Virus record (IMG/VR): IMGVR_UViG_3300005337_000001
Span: 32,001-96,000 of that record
From: a virus
DNA: 64,000 nt
Strand: one strand, 5' to 3'
This document shows positions 44,875-54,462 of this stretch, piece after piece; the stretch's first letter is position 1, and the number at the start of each line of letters is the position of its first letter. Under the pieces are notes generated by a model. The model made no database searches and was not told where the DNA came from. It saw nothing but the letters and a program-made list of their open reading frames with translations. Position numbers and translations under genes: made by a program.

Positions 44875-45155
44875 TACGCAGCTACGGAGCCAAGGCCGGG
44901 TGCCGAGCGAGGCATGGAGAGCGTGGCACGGCTCTCTGCCGGGCCCTTCAAGAAGCCGCGCACGCTGTTGGCTATTTCAGCGGCACGTCCACGGTTGCCA
45001 GCAGCGGCGATGTTGCCGACCTGCTTGATGCCTGGCACCTGCGCAGGGTTCACGCCCTTGCGCGTTGCCAGCGAGGTAAGGAGCTGCCCGATGTCACGCC
45101 CTGCCGCGATCTTCGAGAGCTCATCCTGAAACGCACGGAACATCAGGTCGTCCAT
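44874..45155 (-). CDS. small putative virion protein
   Basis: AFQDELSKIA. Confidence 0.65.
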   Translation of the reverse strand: MDDLMFRAFQDELSKIAAGRDIGQLLTSLATRKGVNPAQVPGIKQVGNIAAAGNRGRAAEIANSVRGFLKGPAESRATLSMPRSAPGLGSVAA

Positions 45156-45192
45156 GCCACTATTTGTACCATTACGGCACGGCTGAACGGAA

Positions 45193-48100
45193 TCAACCGA
45201 TGATTGCGCGGCCAATTCCTAGGCCTGCGAGGAAGTCCTTCACCGCATCCTGCTTCACCTTGCGGGTGTCACCCTTCTGCGCTGCGGTGGTTCCGCGCTT
45301 CAGCCCAACCACATCTTCGATCTCGGGGGTGACCAGACCGAAGAGGTTGTTGTACTGACCGAACGCGCGTGAGTGAAACCCTTCGATGCCCTGCACGACG
45401 AAGTTACCGTCGGGGCTTAGCTGCAGGTCGCGCGTGCCGAAGATGTCGACCATCGTGGCGATGGGCCGCCAGGTGTAGGCGCGGATGAACTCTTCGACGT
45501 CGAGCCCGGCGAGCTTGATGTGGCTGTACGTAGCCTGCAGAAACGCAGAAGCCTGCTCGATAGAAGCGCCGGCCAAAAGCTGATAGGCGACGGGCGCGTC
45601 CTTGCGCGCGTCGTTCGGATCGTCAGTCTCTGCAGCGGAGTTCAGCGCGTCCTGCGCTTGGTCGTTCGACCTGAAGACGTTGTGCGGGTCGGTGATAGCA
45701 CCGGTTGCGAAGAACAGATCGTAAGCCTCGCCAATCTTGGACGGGTGCCAGATGTCGCCGTACCAGCCTGGCCGGATGTACTCCTCGGCGGGCAGGTCCA
45801 CTACATCTTGCCTGAATCGTGGCACCTCTTCCTCGATGCGGAAGACACGGATGGTGACAAGGTGTGACTGCGCGTAGAAGTTGGTGGTCTTCCCCGTATA
45901 ACTAGGCTTGGTGGCCACACCAGTCTGGCGCGGCTGGTCCGGGGTGATTCCGAGCTCGGCGATGACGTTCTTGTCGAGCAGGCGCGCGTCGACTTCAATA
46001 CCCACCGGCACTCGAGCGCGCACACGCTGTGAAGCAGGGCGCGGCTTTTGTCCCGGTACAGAGTTGCTGAAGAGTAGGAGCGGCTTCGAGCTCGTCGAGT
46101 TCTCGATAGTCTTCGTCTCGCCGGCGGCGCGGTAAAGCTGGGTCACTTCCTGCACGCGCGTGATGCGACCAAGGTTTGGGCCGAGCGACTGCACCCGCGG
46201 CTGGTCAATAGAAGCCACATCGGTAGAGCGTGTCGCGTCGTCATCAAAGCGTTTGCTGACACTGACTTCGTCGATGTCCGTAGCGCCCAAGAACTCCACG
46301 CTCTCGTCAGGCTGGCGTGGGTAGCTGAGTACGACCTCGGTTGAACCGGACTGCTGGTTCACCGAGATCGTGACCTGCGTCGCATTACCGAGGAACGCGG
46401 TGCCTAGCAGCTTGTTGACGTCACGCGTCGGCTGTCCGATCTTCTGCAGCAGCTCGTTGTGCAGCGCCAGGATGTTGGCGTCGACGTACTTGTCGATAAC
46501 CAGCGTGGGGAAGCCGAGCGCTAGATACGGGTTGAACCGACCGCTCACCACCATCTGACGCGAGGCGAAGCGGTACTTGAAGTAGAGAAAGTTGGCCGAG
46601 CGCTGAGCCAAGCCCACCTGCGGGACACGGTCCTTCACCACACCGCCGCGTGCGGCGAAGATGTTGAGCTCGCCCATCTTCTCGAACACCGGCAAGATGC
46701 CCGTGAAAAGCTCGTGTTCGAGCAGGTCGTTGGTGAGTAGTGCCTGCAGGTTAACCTGGCTCTTCTTCAAGCTCTTGGTCTTCGGCGCAAAGTAGAAGCG
46801 GTCGAAGAGCTCATCCTCTCCAAAGAACTCGTCGTTGGTCTTGAGCAGCAAGCGCGTCGGCTCTTCCATGAAAGCGCGACGGTAGTTGAGCCTGTTGTAA
46901 TGCTCGGGGAAAATGACGTTGCAGCGCGGCGGCGCGCTGAACCACACGTCGGGACGCAGGATCTGTTGTACCAGCCGCGCCGGCGTGCGGTTCTTGCGTG
47001 AGTTCGTGACTACGCTGAGGTTCGCCACGCGTCGTAGCTTGTCGATGGCGTCGTCGATTGGGGTGATGCAAGCGGCAATGGACTTGTCGTTGTTAGGACT
47101 CCAGCGCGCCGTCAATGTAGCGGCCGTACCGATGCGCTGCTGCGCCGTGTTCAAGAGCGAGCTCGCCGACGGCACGGCTGGCTTCACCTTGCTCAGCTGC
47201 ATGATCGTGCTCTTCAAAAACGTCTGCTGCTTCTTGAGGCGGGTGATGATTTGATCGCGCAGGTTCTTCTGCACACTGGTGCTGTTGGCGAACAGTGCCA
47301 CATCACCACGGTTGGACGCCACATTCAGCTGCAGCTTGATGTCGGCGAGAGCATCGGCGACGCCTGTGGCGTTACGCACAATGAAGACCGTGTTCGGAGA
47401 CTGGTCGAGGCGCTTGCGCACTTGGCCGCTCACCGTTCCCTCGGTACCAGGAATGTACTTGGGGCACGGCTGGGCGTAGGTTTCGTGGAAGATGATGCCC
47501 TGCAGCGCCGTGATGCTCTGCCGAATCGAGGTCTGCCCGCCCATACCACCGAGCAGGCGGTTCAAGAGCCCGCCGTAGCCTTGCAGCGCGAGCAGCCGCG
47601 ACGCCGTCGGGTCGTCTTCTACCGCCACAATCATCTGGTTGATGTGCAGGCGGAGCTCGGCGAGCGTGAAGAAGATGTTCTGCCCGGCAATCTTCTTGTC
47701 GTAGTAGTAGCTGCCGCCAATCGACTCGAGCAGGTGAATGATGCCGCCGCCCAGGCCCTTCAGGTTGGGGAAGCTGATGCTCGGCGTACGCAGGACATTG
47801 GTGATGACCTCAGCCGAGCTCGACAAGAAGTCGGTGAAGAGGTTCGTCGAACCGCCGCTGAACAGCGCCTTGATGCCAGGGCCGAAGAGCCCAGTGTTGG
47901 TCCACTGGTAGGCGTAGTCCCAGTAGTTCGAAAGGTCAGCACACTGCAGCACCAGCGCGCGCTGGCTCGAGTCCTTGGTCCACTCGAACCCCAAGATCTC
48001 CCCCATGAAGAGAACCTTGTAGCGGGTGAGGTCCTCCTCCATGCTTTGCGTATCCCCGCCACTCTCGGTGTCAGTGGCGTTGCGTGTGTTGAGCACGTTC

Positions 48101-48366
48101 TGGTAGGCGGTCGGGTCACGCTGATCGGTGGCTGCAGTGCTTGCACGTTGAGCTGCCAGAAAGGGGCTCTCTTCCTCGTAGCCGTCGAGGAAGAAGACGT
48201 GCACCAACGTGCGCGGCAGCAAGCGCGTGCCTTCTGGCACGGGCGGTACTTGAATCGCGCCTAGCAGCGGGGCGTTCGGCAGGCCCTGGATTTGGATGCC
48301 GACGATGGGGACTTCAACCCCTTCAAGAAACATCCGAAGGCGAAGACGTTGGGCTCTGGCCGACAT
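45193..48366 (-). CDS. baseplate hub-like protein
   Basis: 1057 aa; LRMFLEGVEVP..RTLVHVFF..LFMGEI.G; RFASRQMVVSGRFNPY..GFP hub-like segments; position after tape measure. Confidence 0.6.
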   Translation of the reverse strand: MSARAQRLRLRMFLEGVEVPIVGIQIQGLPNAPLLGAIQVPPVPEGTRLLPRTLVHVFFLDGYEEESPFLAAQRASTAATDQRDPTAYQNVLNTRNATDTESGGDTQSMEEDLTRYKVLFMGEILGFEWTKDSSQRALVLQCADLSNYWDYAYQWTNTGLFGPGIKALFSGGSTNLFTDFLSSSAEVITNVLRTPSISFPNLKGLGGGIIHLLESIGGSYYYDKKIAGQNIFFTLAELRLHINQMIVAVEDDPTASRLLALQGYGGLLNRLLGGMGGQTSIRQSITALQGIIFHETYAQPCPKYIPGTEGTVSGQVRKRLDQSPNTVFIVRNATGVADALADIKLQLNVASNRGDVALFANSTSVQKNLRDQIITRLKKQQTFLKSTIMQLSKVKPAVPSASSLLNTAQQRIGTAATLTARWSPNNDKSIAACITPIDDAIDKLRRVANLSVVTNSRKNRTPARLVQQILRPDVWFSAPPRCNVIFPEHYNRLNYRRAFMEEPTRLLLKTNDEFFGEDELFDRFYFAPKTKSLKKSQVNLQALLTNDLLEHELFTGILPVFEKMGELNIFAARGGVVKDRVPQVGLAQRSANFLYFKYRFASRQMVVSGRFNPYLALGFPTLVIDKYVDANILALHNELLQKIGQPTRDVNKLLGTAFLGNATQVTISVNQQSGSTEVVLSYPRQPDESVEFLGATDIDEVSVSKRFDDDATRSTDVASIDQPRVQSLGPNLGRITRVQEVTQLYRAAGETKTIENSTSSKPLLLFSNSVPGQKPRPASQRVRARVPVGIEVDARLLDKNVIAELGITPDQPRQTGVATKPSYTGKTTNFYAQSHLVTIRVFRIEEEVPRFRQDVVDLPAEEYIRPGWYGDIWHPSKIGEAYDLFFATGAITDPHNVFRSNDQAQDALNSAAETDDPNDARKDAPVAYQLLAGASIEQASAFLQATYSHIKLAGLDVEEFIRAYTWRPIATMVDIFGTRDLQLSPDGNFVVQGIEGFHSRAFGQYNNLFGLVTPEIEDVVGLKRGTTAAQKGDTRKVKQDAVKDFLAGLGIGRAIIG

Positions 48367-48367
48367 G

Positions 48368-50338
48368 TCACAGCAAGCTCAACAGGTTTATTGCGCCGCG
48401 GGTAGTGTCTAGGCACGGTACATTGAACGGATTGGTGTTTGTGCGGCCAATTCGACGTCCTGTTGCTGTGAGCGCGTTGCCGTCCGGGTTGATTGTCCCC
48501 GGAGCTGCAAGCATGGAGAAGGCGGTGATGGAGCCGCCGACGAACACGGACGCACCCGCGCCAGCGCCAGCAAAGCTGTCGGCAGCACCCACGCCGCCAA
48601 AGCCAGAGCCGAAGCCGGGCGACGGCTTGAGCAGACGCTCGAGGTCACTACGCTGGTCTTCCGCGCCAGCGAACGTGAAGTCGGAGGGCGGAAGGTAGCC
48701 AGGATCGCCGGTGACGCCGAGGCTCGAGCCAAAACCCAGACCGCCGTAGTCGCCGTACCCAGCTTTGCCGAAGCCCGGCCCGCCGTAGGGACTGTCGTAG
48801 CCGTAGGTAGGGTCGCCGAAGCCTGTGTCGAATGGGTTCTGCTGCGCGAGGTTCGAAGAGCGTGAGCCTGCGCCTGCGCTGAAGAGAACGCCGGCGCCGG
48901 CGTCTACACCAAGCTGCCCAGGTGTGAACGCGTTCGATGGAGGGGCCACGGCCGGCGCGAAGCCGTTGGCCGTGCGGCCTGCCTGCGATCCGTTGGAGCC
49001 GAAGGTGCCAGGGCCGGCGAACACACCGCTGGTAAAACCCGATCCGGCGCCGGCGCCCCAGCCAAAGCCGGCCCCGGCGCTGCCGCCAAAGCCGACGCCC
49101 GCGCGTGCGACAGCACCAAAGGTGGCCCCAGCTCCAATGCCTGACCCCATGCCTACGCCATTGCCGATACCTACGCCCGCACCGGCGCCGAAGCTAACGC
49201 CCATACCGAGCCCAGCGATTGCCGTGTAGTTGTTGATGTCGGCGCCGAAGCACGCCATCCAGCTGATGGCCTCCTTGAACAGGTCTTCGACTTCCAGAGC
49301 GCCGCGTACGCGCGGATCGAACACCTCGGGAAGCGTGCCATGCAAGTAGTCAGTGGTGATGTTGCCGTTTCCTGTGAACTCATCCTGGTTGTCGGCGATG
49401 AGCGAACGCAGTGGCTTGGAATGCAAGCGGTCGAAGACATCGAGGGCAGGAATGTCTTGTTGGTTCGACGTACGCAAGTAGTCGATGTACGCCTGCACTG
49501 AGCCAGGGAAGGCGATGGAGCGCGTGCCGCGCGTCAAAGTGTCCGCGAGCCTGCCACGCGAACCGAATTGAGCCGGGTTTGCGTTGCGGTTCACTTCATC
49601 GTCCCAGGCTGCGTACTGGCCCTGCACGTCCGACGCTGACCTGAAAGCCTGGGTGAGCTCTCCGTAGGCGTCGGCGTCGGTGAGCGTGACGTCGGGCGGC
49701 AGCTCCACCGAAGCATGCACTGGGAAGTTCGGGTCGCCGACGAACGAGACGTTGCGCGTGCTCGACACGAACATGCGCCAGGTGAGCATGATTTGAAACG
49801 GCTCGGTGCTCACCTTCACGGCTTGCGCCATGAGCATGTACCCCTCGACCACGTTGTCGTCGTAGAAAAGGTACGTGCGCGCGCCCTGCTCCACGCTCTT
49901 CGAACCGCGCAGCGTGTTCTCCCAGTTCGCCCACCACTCCGCTTCCCAGTTGAAGTCGTGGCTGTTGATGAGCACCGCCTGAATGTCCAAGAAGCGCGGC
50001 GCCTCACCGAAGAAGTAGATGAACGGCTCGCCGAACGTCTCGATGATCTGGTGCTTCTCCATGCGCGCTTCCTGCACGCTCTGAAGAATGAAGTTCGAGT
50101 AGGCACGCGACTCACCGGTGGCCGAGCTCGAGTCGATGAACGGGACCTCGCTGCCGTCGGCACGAATCACCTTGAGCGAAGCGTAGGTGTCTTCTTTGAT
50201 CTCAAGGCCACGCAGTGGACGGCGCACGTTCGTCAAACCAGCGCGTCCGGGGCGCGACAGCGACGGGTCGTTGCGATCCTTCAAGCGCTTGTAGTTTGCT
50301 TCGAAGGGGTCGGTGGTGAGCTCAATGAAGACGGCCAT
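48368..50338 (-). CDS. baseplate/tail-tube-initiator-like protein with Gly-rich insert
   Basis: start is ATG 50338 (TAATG overlap); FILQSVQE...EK.QI.ETFGE..IYFFGE.PR motif; synteny. Confidence 0.6.
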   Translation of the reverse strand: MAVFIELTTDPFEANYKRLKDRNDPSLSRPGRAGLTNVRRPLRGLEIKEDTYASLKVIRADGSEVPFIDSSSATGESRAYSNFILQSVQEARMEKHQIIETFGEPFIYFFGEAPRFLDIQAVLINSHDFNWEAEWWANWENTLRGSKSVEQGARTYLFYDDNVVEGYMLMAQAVKVSTEPFQIMLTWRMFVSSTRNVSFVGDPNFPVHASVELPPDVTLTDADAYGELTQAFRSASDVQGQYAAWDDEVNRNANPAQFGSRGRLADTLTRGTRSIAFPGSVQAYIDYLRTSNQQDIPALDVFDRLHSKPLRSLIADNQDEFTGNGNITTDYLHGTLPEVFDPRVRGALEVEDLFKEAISWMACFGADINNYTAIAGLGMGVSFGAGAGVGIGNGVGMGSGIGAGATFGAVARAGVGFGGSAGAGFGWGAGAGSGFTSGVFAGPGTFGSNGSQAGRTANGFAPAVAPPSNAFTPGQLGVDAGAGVLFSAGAGSRSSNLAQQNPFDTGFGDPTYGYDSPYGGPGFGKAGYGDYGGLGFGSSLGVTGDPGYLPPSDFTFAGAEDQRSDLERLLKPSPGFGSGFGGVGAADSFAGAGAGASVFVGGSITAFSMLAAPGTINPDGNALTATGRRIGRTNTNPFNVPCLDTTRGAINLLSLL

Positions 50339-50607
50339 TAAATCACCGTGTCCGTCTTGATGAGGAAGTCCTTCACGCTGCGCGGCGGCGGGGTGCCGGC
50401 GTAGGGCTCGCCCTGACTGATGGCAAAGGCGGTGGCCTTCACCATGATAGAGAGCAAGTCTTCCGGTACGATTTTGTCGCGCAGCATGAAGCGGTAGATG
50501 CGCCCATTCTTGCGCAGAGAAATCGGCACTTCGATGCGCTCGCCGAGCGCGCAGCCCGGCGGGATGCGGAGCTCGGTCACGTCTTGGAACAGCAGAGACT
50601 TGGCCAT
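50338..50607 (-). CDS. small tail-module protein
   Basis: between tape measure and baseplate genes; TGATG/TAATG coupling. Confidence 0.65.
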   Translation of the reverse strand: MAKSLLFQDVTELRIPPGCALGERIEVPISLRKNGRIYRFMLRDKIVPEDLLSIMVKATAFAISQGEPYAGTPPPRSVKDFLIKTDTVI

Positions 50608-53600
50608 CAGGGTGTCTTTTCGGGGTCTGTCTTGCCGGTGTTGCCGGCGATCTCGGCGAGCTTGGCGCGCGCGGCCTCGTTGGACTTGACCATGGCTTCC
50701 AAATATCGGTTGCTCTCGCCGATCTTGTCGATGATCTTTTCCTCGGGGGACTGGTTGCTTTTCGCCTGCTCCTCGAGCTTCTTCTTTGTCTCGTCGGTAG
50801 CACCAGCCATGGCCCGCGACAGGATGGCGCCGCCCTGAATACCGCCGCCCTTCTTGCTGGCTGCTGCGATGGATTCTTCGAGGCTCTTGACGAAGTTCTC
50901 GTCGCCGCCCACGCCGAGTCGTGCGGCCAGAGCTGCGGCAGCGCCGGCAGCGTCCTTGCCCTTGAGGCCCTTGAGCTCGTCGGCCCCGAACTGCAGGCCC
51001 AGCTGCGACGCAATAGCTCCCGCCGCACCCATCTTTCGCTTCGAGCCCTCGATGGCCTGGCCGCGCATGATCATCTCAGATGCCTGACCTCCGACCTCCG
51101 TACCGGCCATCTGCGAGCCAAGCGCGCGCAAGCTCTTCACGTCCATGCCGGACATCTGGTTGTACAGGTCTCCGCCCTTAGCGGTCATCTTCTCGTAGAT
51201 CGCCGCCTTCTCTTCCGGCGTCGACGCCTTGCTCATCTCCATGCCCAACGACTGCACTTCGAGCGCCATCTGCGCTGCCTGTACCGCACCCTGGCCGCCC
51301 TGCTTGGCCAGTTTCATCTTGGCGTCGTCAGTGAGCATGAGCGTGTCGACGACGGTGCCGCCGGCGCCACGACCGTCGCTGCCTGTGCGCACGCCCACGA
51401 GCTTGGCGATGCCGCCAGCACGCAGCGCCTGCATTTCTTGACGCGCGCTCTTACCAACCTGGCTTGCCAGCTGGTTGATGATCTCTTTGCGCTGCTCAGA
51501 AGCTGCGCCTTGCACCCCCTGCGCCTGGGCCAAGATGCTCTCCTTGGTGACAGCGTCGGGGTCGCCGCCCATCTCAGACACGGTCTTCTTGCGACGAGCG
51601 ATGAGCTTGCCCCAGTCCGCGTTCGACATCTTGTCGACGCCACCCTTGGCGTTGGCGGTCTTCATGAGGTCGGCAGTCAGTCGTACCGACTCGAGCGCGC
51701 CGAGTCGGCCCTGCTCATCCTCGCTCAGCTTGTCGATACCACCACGCTCGGCGCCGGCGCCACGGATGTTCGAGATAGCGCTGAGCAGGCTTTCTTCAGA
51801 ACCAGCGGCGCCCGAGAGCGCGTCGAACGCAACGCGGCGCATCTCAGGGTCGTCGAGCGCAGCGCCGGCGGCACGGGCGCGCTTGGCGTTGCCGTTCCAC
51901 TCTTCGAGCATTTGGCCACCCAAACCGCCAAGCTTTTTACCCAGGAAACCACCAGCGGCCATGCCGGCTGCGCCGCCTAGAAAACCACCAGCAGCGCCGA
52001 GCGCGCTGCCGATCGCACCGGAAGCGCGGGCCATCCCGCTCTTACCAAGGCCGAGCATCGAACGACCCATCACCTCTTGGCGTTGAGCTTCCGTACGCAA
52101 GCTGCCGCCGCCCACCATGTCCGACAGACCAGGGACCTGGAAGGTCTCGCTCAAACGTCCGGACTTGATACCAATCTCGCCTTCCATCTGCTGCATGAAC
52201 TCGGCCTGCTCACGCTGGTCCATGCCGCGGAACTTCTTCCCCATCGCCGTGTCTTTGCCAAAGTGGCGCTTGAATGCAGCCATGCGGTCCTCGCCGCCCA
52301 GACCGCTGAGCTCGTCAGCGTACGCGCGCTTGAGCTCGAGCGAGTTGCCCTTCACCAAGCCGGCCATCTCGTCGCTCATGCTGCCAGCGGTGCCAAGGCG
52401 TGCGGAGAACTGCAGGTCCTCCACGTGCTCTTTGTAACGAGATTGGCTGAAGTTCTCGCGGGGGCCACCCATCCCGGTCATGGCACCACCGCCCAGGTTG
52501 CGGATGAAGCCATTGCTGCCGGTCAGGCTGCCGCGCGCTGCCGCGCCTTCACGCCCGCCCATCATAGCCACGCGGTGCGCCTCGCGCACACCGGTGATGA
52601 TGTGCTCCTCGTAGGTACCGGCGATGCGGTTGCCCCACTCAGAAATCTTGTCGGTGGCCACGTTCAAGATGTCCTGCCCGGCCTTGTTCATCTCGTTGTT
52701 GACCTTGTCGCGCGCAGCCTCGAGCTTGCGCTTCACACCTTCGATGCCCGAGTTCTGAGCGCGAAGACCATGCTCGCGCACCATCGAGTCGTCCTGCTGC
52801 GCCTCGCGCCGGTGCTGCATCATCTCCGGCATCTTCCGGACCATCTTCATCATCGAGTCCATCTCGTCGCGCCCCATGCCGAGCTGCCGCTGCATGAACA
52901 GCATTTCGCGGTCGCCCATCGAGTGAACGTCGATCCCCTTGCCCTGCGCCCAGCCCATCATCGCCATGGCCGGAGCCATGCCACCGAACTCTTCCATCAC
53001 AGCACCACGCAGGCGCCCTTCGTTACGGATGAAGTTGGCGCGGCCCACACCAGCCAGGTTCTTGTGCGCGGCGTTGCGTGTGTCGTTCACGCTCATGCCG
53101 CCCGTGAGAAAGTCGTTGACTGAGCCTTGGTTGAGCTTCCCGTCCTTGCCGGCGAGCGAAGCCAGAAGCCAGCGGCCTTTGCTGGACTTCAAAAAGCTAC
53201 CCGTCTGCATCATGTTCTGCTGCGCCATGGCAGCACGGCCTTCAGCCCCGGTTTGGCCCGTGGCTTGGAAGATGTCCTCTTCGCTCAGCGCGCCGACCTG
53301 CTGCGCGATGCCGACTTGCTCGATGGCTTTGATGCCGCCCATCGCGCCCTGTCTGCCGGTACCGCCGAACATGCGGCTGATCTGCGAGCCGGCGTTCATC
53401 ATGCCGGTGACTTCGGTCGTAGCCAGACCGCCGCTCACTGACGCAGCACGGATCGCTCCGCTCACACCAGCCTGGTTACGGAAGACGCCCGACCCTTTCA
53501 TGGAGGCCATCGTCTTTTGCGCCTCCTCGAGCGTCGTACCCATGTCCTCGGCGATGGCCTTCACCGACTTCATCATCTCGCGAAACTTCTCGGTGAACTC

Positions 53601-54209
53601 CTTGGAGTTGCGCACGCCGTCGGCGAGACCCATACGACCCATGTTCGACGCGAGACGACCGAGCTCGTTGAAGCTAGGCCCTAGCTCGGTGAGGCCACCC
53701 TCACCTGCCATGCTGCGCATGTTGCCGCCGATGGATCGAATATCACCTTCGGAGAAGCCACGACCGTGGCTAGCGCCAGGATTGAAGAACGAGTAGCCGT
53801 TGCGCATCGACTGGTTGAATTGCTGGCCCTGCTGCATGCCCTGCATGACCTGGTTGCCCATGTAGCTGATGGCGCCGATGCCAAGAGCCATACCGCCGCC
53901 TACTGCAGCACCAGTCAACGCAGCTCCACCAAACCCAGCACCTGCCCCCATCGCTCCGGCGCCGGCGCGCACGCCTATTGACATCGGGTCGAGCCCCATC
54001 ATGCCAAGGCCGAGCATTGCCGCGGGAGCGCCGATAGCACTCGACGTGTTGAGCGCGCTGGCGGCCATACCTTCGCTCTGTCCACGCGTGTTCATCCCGC
54101 CGAAGTTGTAGCCGTTCGGTTGAATCATCCCCGCGTACTGCATCTGCTGCATGTGCTGCTGGGTGAAGGACCCATTCAGCTGGGCGATTTGTGCGGAGGA
54201 AAGCGGCAT
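50607..54209 (-). CDS. tape-measure-like protein
   Basis: 1200 aa, A/G/M/Q-rich helical protein with hydrophobic G-rich segments, upstream of baseplate genes. Confidence 0.7.
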   Translation of the reverse strand: MPLSSAQIAQLNGSFTQQHMQQMQYAGMIQPNGYNFGGMNTRGQSEGMAASALNTSSAIGAPAAMLGLGMMGLDPMSIGVRAGAGAMGAGAGFGGAALTGAAVGGGMALGIGAISYMGNQVMQGMQQGQQFNQSMRNGYSFFNPGASHGRGFSEGDIRSIGGNMRSMAGEGGLTELGPSFNELGRLASNMGRMGLADGVRNSKEFTEKFREMMKSVKAIAEDMGTTLEEAQKTMASMKGSGVFRNQAGVSGAIRAASVSGGLATTEVTGMMNAGSQISRMFGGTGRQGAMGGIKAIEQVGIAQQVGALSEEDIFQATGQTGAEGRAAMAQQNMMQTGSFLKSSKGRWLLASLAGKDGKLNQGSVNDFLTGGMSVNDTRNAAHKNLAGVGRANFIRNEGRLRGAVMEEFGGMAPAMAMMGWAQGKGIDVHSMGDREMLFMQRQLGMGRDEMDSMMKMVRKMPEMMQHRREAQQDDSMVREHGLRAQNSGIEGVKRKLEAARDKVNNEMNKAGQDILNVATDKISEWGNRIAGTYEEHIITGVREAHRVAMMGGREGAAARGSLTGSNGFIRNLGGGAMTGMGGPRENFSQSRYKEHVEDLQFSARLGTAGSMSDEMAGLVKGNSLELKRAYADELSGLGGEDRMAAFKRHFGKDTAMGKKFRGMDQREQAEFMQQMEGEIGIKSGRLSETFQVPGLSDMVGGGSLRTEAQRQEVMGRSMLGLGKSGMARASGAIGSALGAAGGFLGGAAGMAAGGFLGKKLGGLGGQMLEEWNGNAKRARAAGAALDDPEMRRVAFDALSGAAGSEESLLSAISNIRGAGAERGGIDKLSEDEQGRLGALESVRLTADLMKTANAKGGVDKMSNADWGKLIARRKKTVSEMGGDPDAVTKESILAQAQGVQGAASEQRKEIINQLASQVGKSARQEMQALRAGGIAKLVGVRTGSDGRGAGGTVVDTLMLTDDAKMKLAKQGGQGAVQAAQMALEVQSLGMEMSKASTPEEKAAIYEKMTAKGGDLYNQMSGMDVKSLRALGSQMAGTEVGGQASEMIMRGQAIEGSKRKMGAAGAIASQLGLQFGADELKGLKGKDAAGAAAALAARLGVGGDENFVKSLEESIAAASKKGGGIQGGAILSRAMAGATDETKKKLEEQAKSNQSPEEKIIDKIGESNRYLEAMVKSNEAARAKLAEIAGNTGKTDPEKTP

Positions 54210-54242
54210 CTACTTCCCAAGATCCTAACACGTGGCACCAAG

Positions 54243-54280
54243 CAAAAAGCTCGGGGCATCGGAGATAAGAATGATGAAGG
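54243..54280 (+). promoter_or_regulatory. phage promoter motif CAAA-N18-ATAAGA-N5-GAAGG
   Basis: exact motif; divergent from the tape-measure gene. Confidence 0.65.
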
Positions 54281-54423
54281 CGCTGGAAGCCCTCTCTTCG
54301 GAGAACCTCCTGCGAGATTGCTCCTCCTTCTTGGGCCAGCGCCTCGGCGTGCCCTTCGGCAAGGCACGTCATCGTGTCCCCCACACCCCCACCAGCAGGA
54401 CTCGTCATCCTGTTGGTGGGGTG
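54279..54423 (+). ncRNA. candidate structured ncRNA or long 5' leader
   Basis: closing stem 54279-85/54337-43; two C(UUCG)G loops; 14-bp hairpin 54387-54421. Confidence 0.5.
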
Positions 54424-54462
54424 CCGCTTGCTGTGAAAGTCGACCAAGCTTCAAAACTAGCC

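Noticed and set aside
50339-51028. N-terminal 230 aa of the 886-aa ORF 48368..51028
   Set aside because: Overlaps the tape-measure and 50338..50607 genes out of frame; real start is ATG 50338 (TAATG)
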